From: Mobula hypostoma
Taxonomy: Eukaryota
Length of the DNA: 64,000 bases
Assembly: GCF_963921235.1 (NCBI RefSeq)
Contig: NC_086097.1
Coordinates: forward strand, 191,086,001-191,150,000
Direction of reading: 5' to 3'
Positions 63,781 through 64,000 of this stretch are shown piece after piece. Each line of letters starts with the position of its first letter. The stretch's first letter is position 1. The notes under the pieces are model-generated. The model did not search any database. It had not been told where the DNA came from and saw nothing but the letters and a program-made list of their open reading frames with translations. Made by a program: the position numbers and the translations under genes.

Positions 63781-63960
63781 CTCCTTCTGATATTGGGTTT
63801 GAGGAGGTCCAAGTGTGAGCGCAAAGGACGGCCTAGACATAGCATAGCTGGTGAGTTGTTGGTTGTGGAGTGTGCTGCATTGCAGCCTCTGATTCAGTGT
63901 CACTAGAATGTTCTTCTGACATTGCCCTCAGTGCATTCTTTAGACCCTGTTCAAACTTTT
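63781..63960 (-). mobile_element. Older Gypsy integrase core fragment, continuous with 50780-51142
   Basis: NAAHSTTNNSPAMLCLGRPLRSHLDLLKPNIRR on the minus strand. Confidence 0.78.
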
Positions 63961-64000
63961 CCACCAAGCTATTTGTAGCTAGATGGTACGATTCAGATGC

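Overview
This is a repeat-dense, intron- or intergenic-like vertebrate window with no recognisable host gene. The repeat complement (CR1, Penelope, Rex1/Babar, tRNA-derived SINE, Gypsy) resembles that of cartilaginous fish, probably a ray or skate; this is an inference. Most of the window is decayed, often nested retroelements. They include two Gypsy LTR proviruses with both LTRs (399-4715 minus; 51143-63780 plus, with a PNMA-like Gag), a near-full-length CR1 LINE (about 20521-24672), a 5'-truncated L1/Tx1-type LINE (52030-56472), Penelope-like elements, Rex1/Babar, HERO and R4/Dong-type fragments, and several DNA-transposon MITEs. Every long reading frame is broken by stops or frameshifts. 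The most interesting signals are: (1) a Gypsy element with no tRNA primer-binding site but a 14-bp perfect complement to the AATAAA region of its own LTR, suggesting self-priming or poly(A)-signal masking; (2) minimal hammerhead ribozyme motifs in the Penelope terminal repeats; (3) a Tigger-type MITE whose ends resemble mammalian MER82; (4) a mariner-type MITE whose internal module is inverted between two copies; (5) an unclassified 2.7-kb element with repeated 12-mer motifs; and (6) a candidate 42-nt host micro-exon. Family names come from recognised motifs only and no database search was run. Boundaries without a stated TSD or TIR are approximate.
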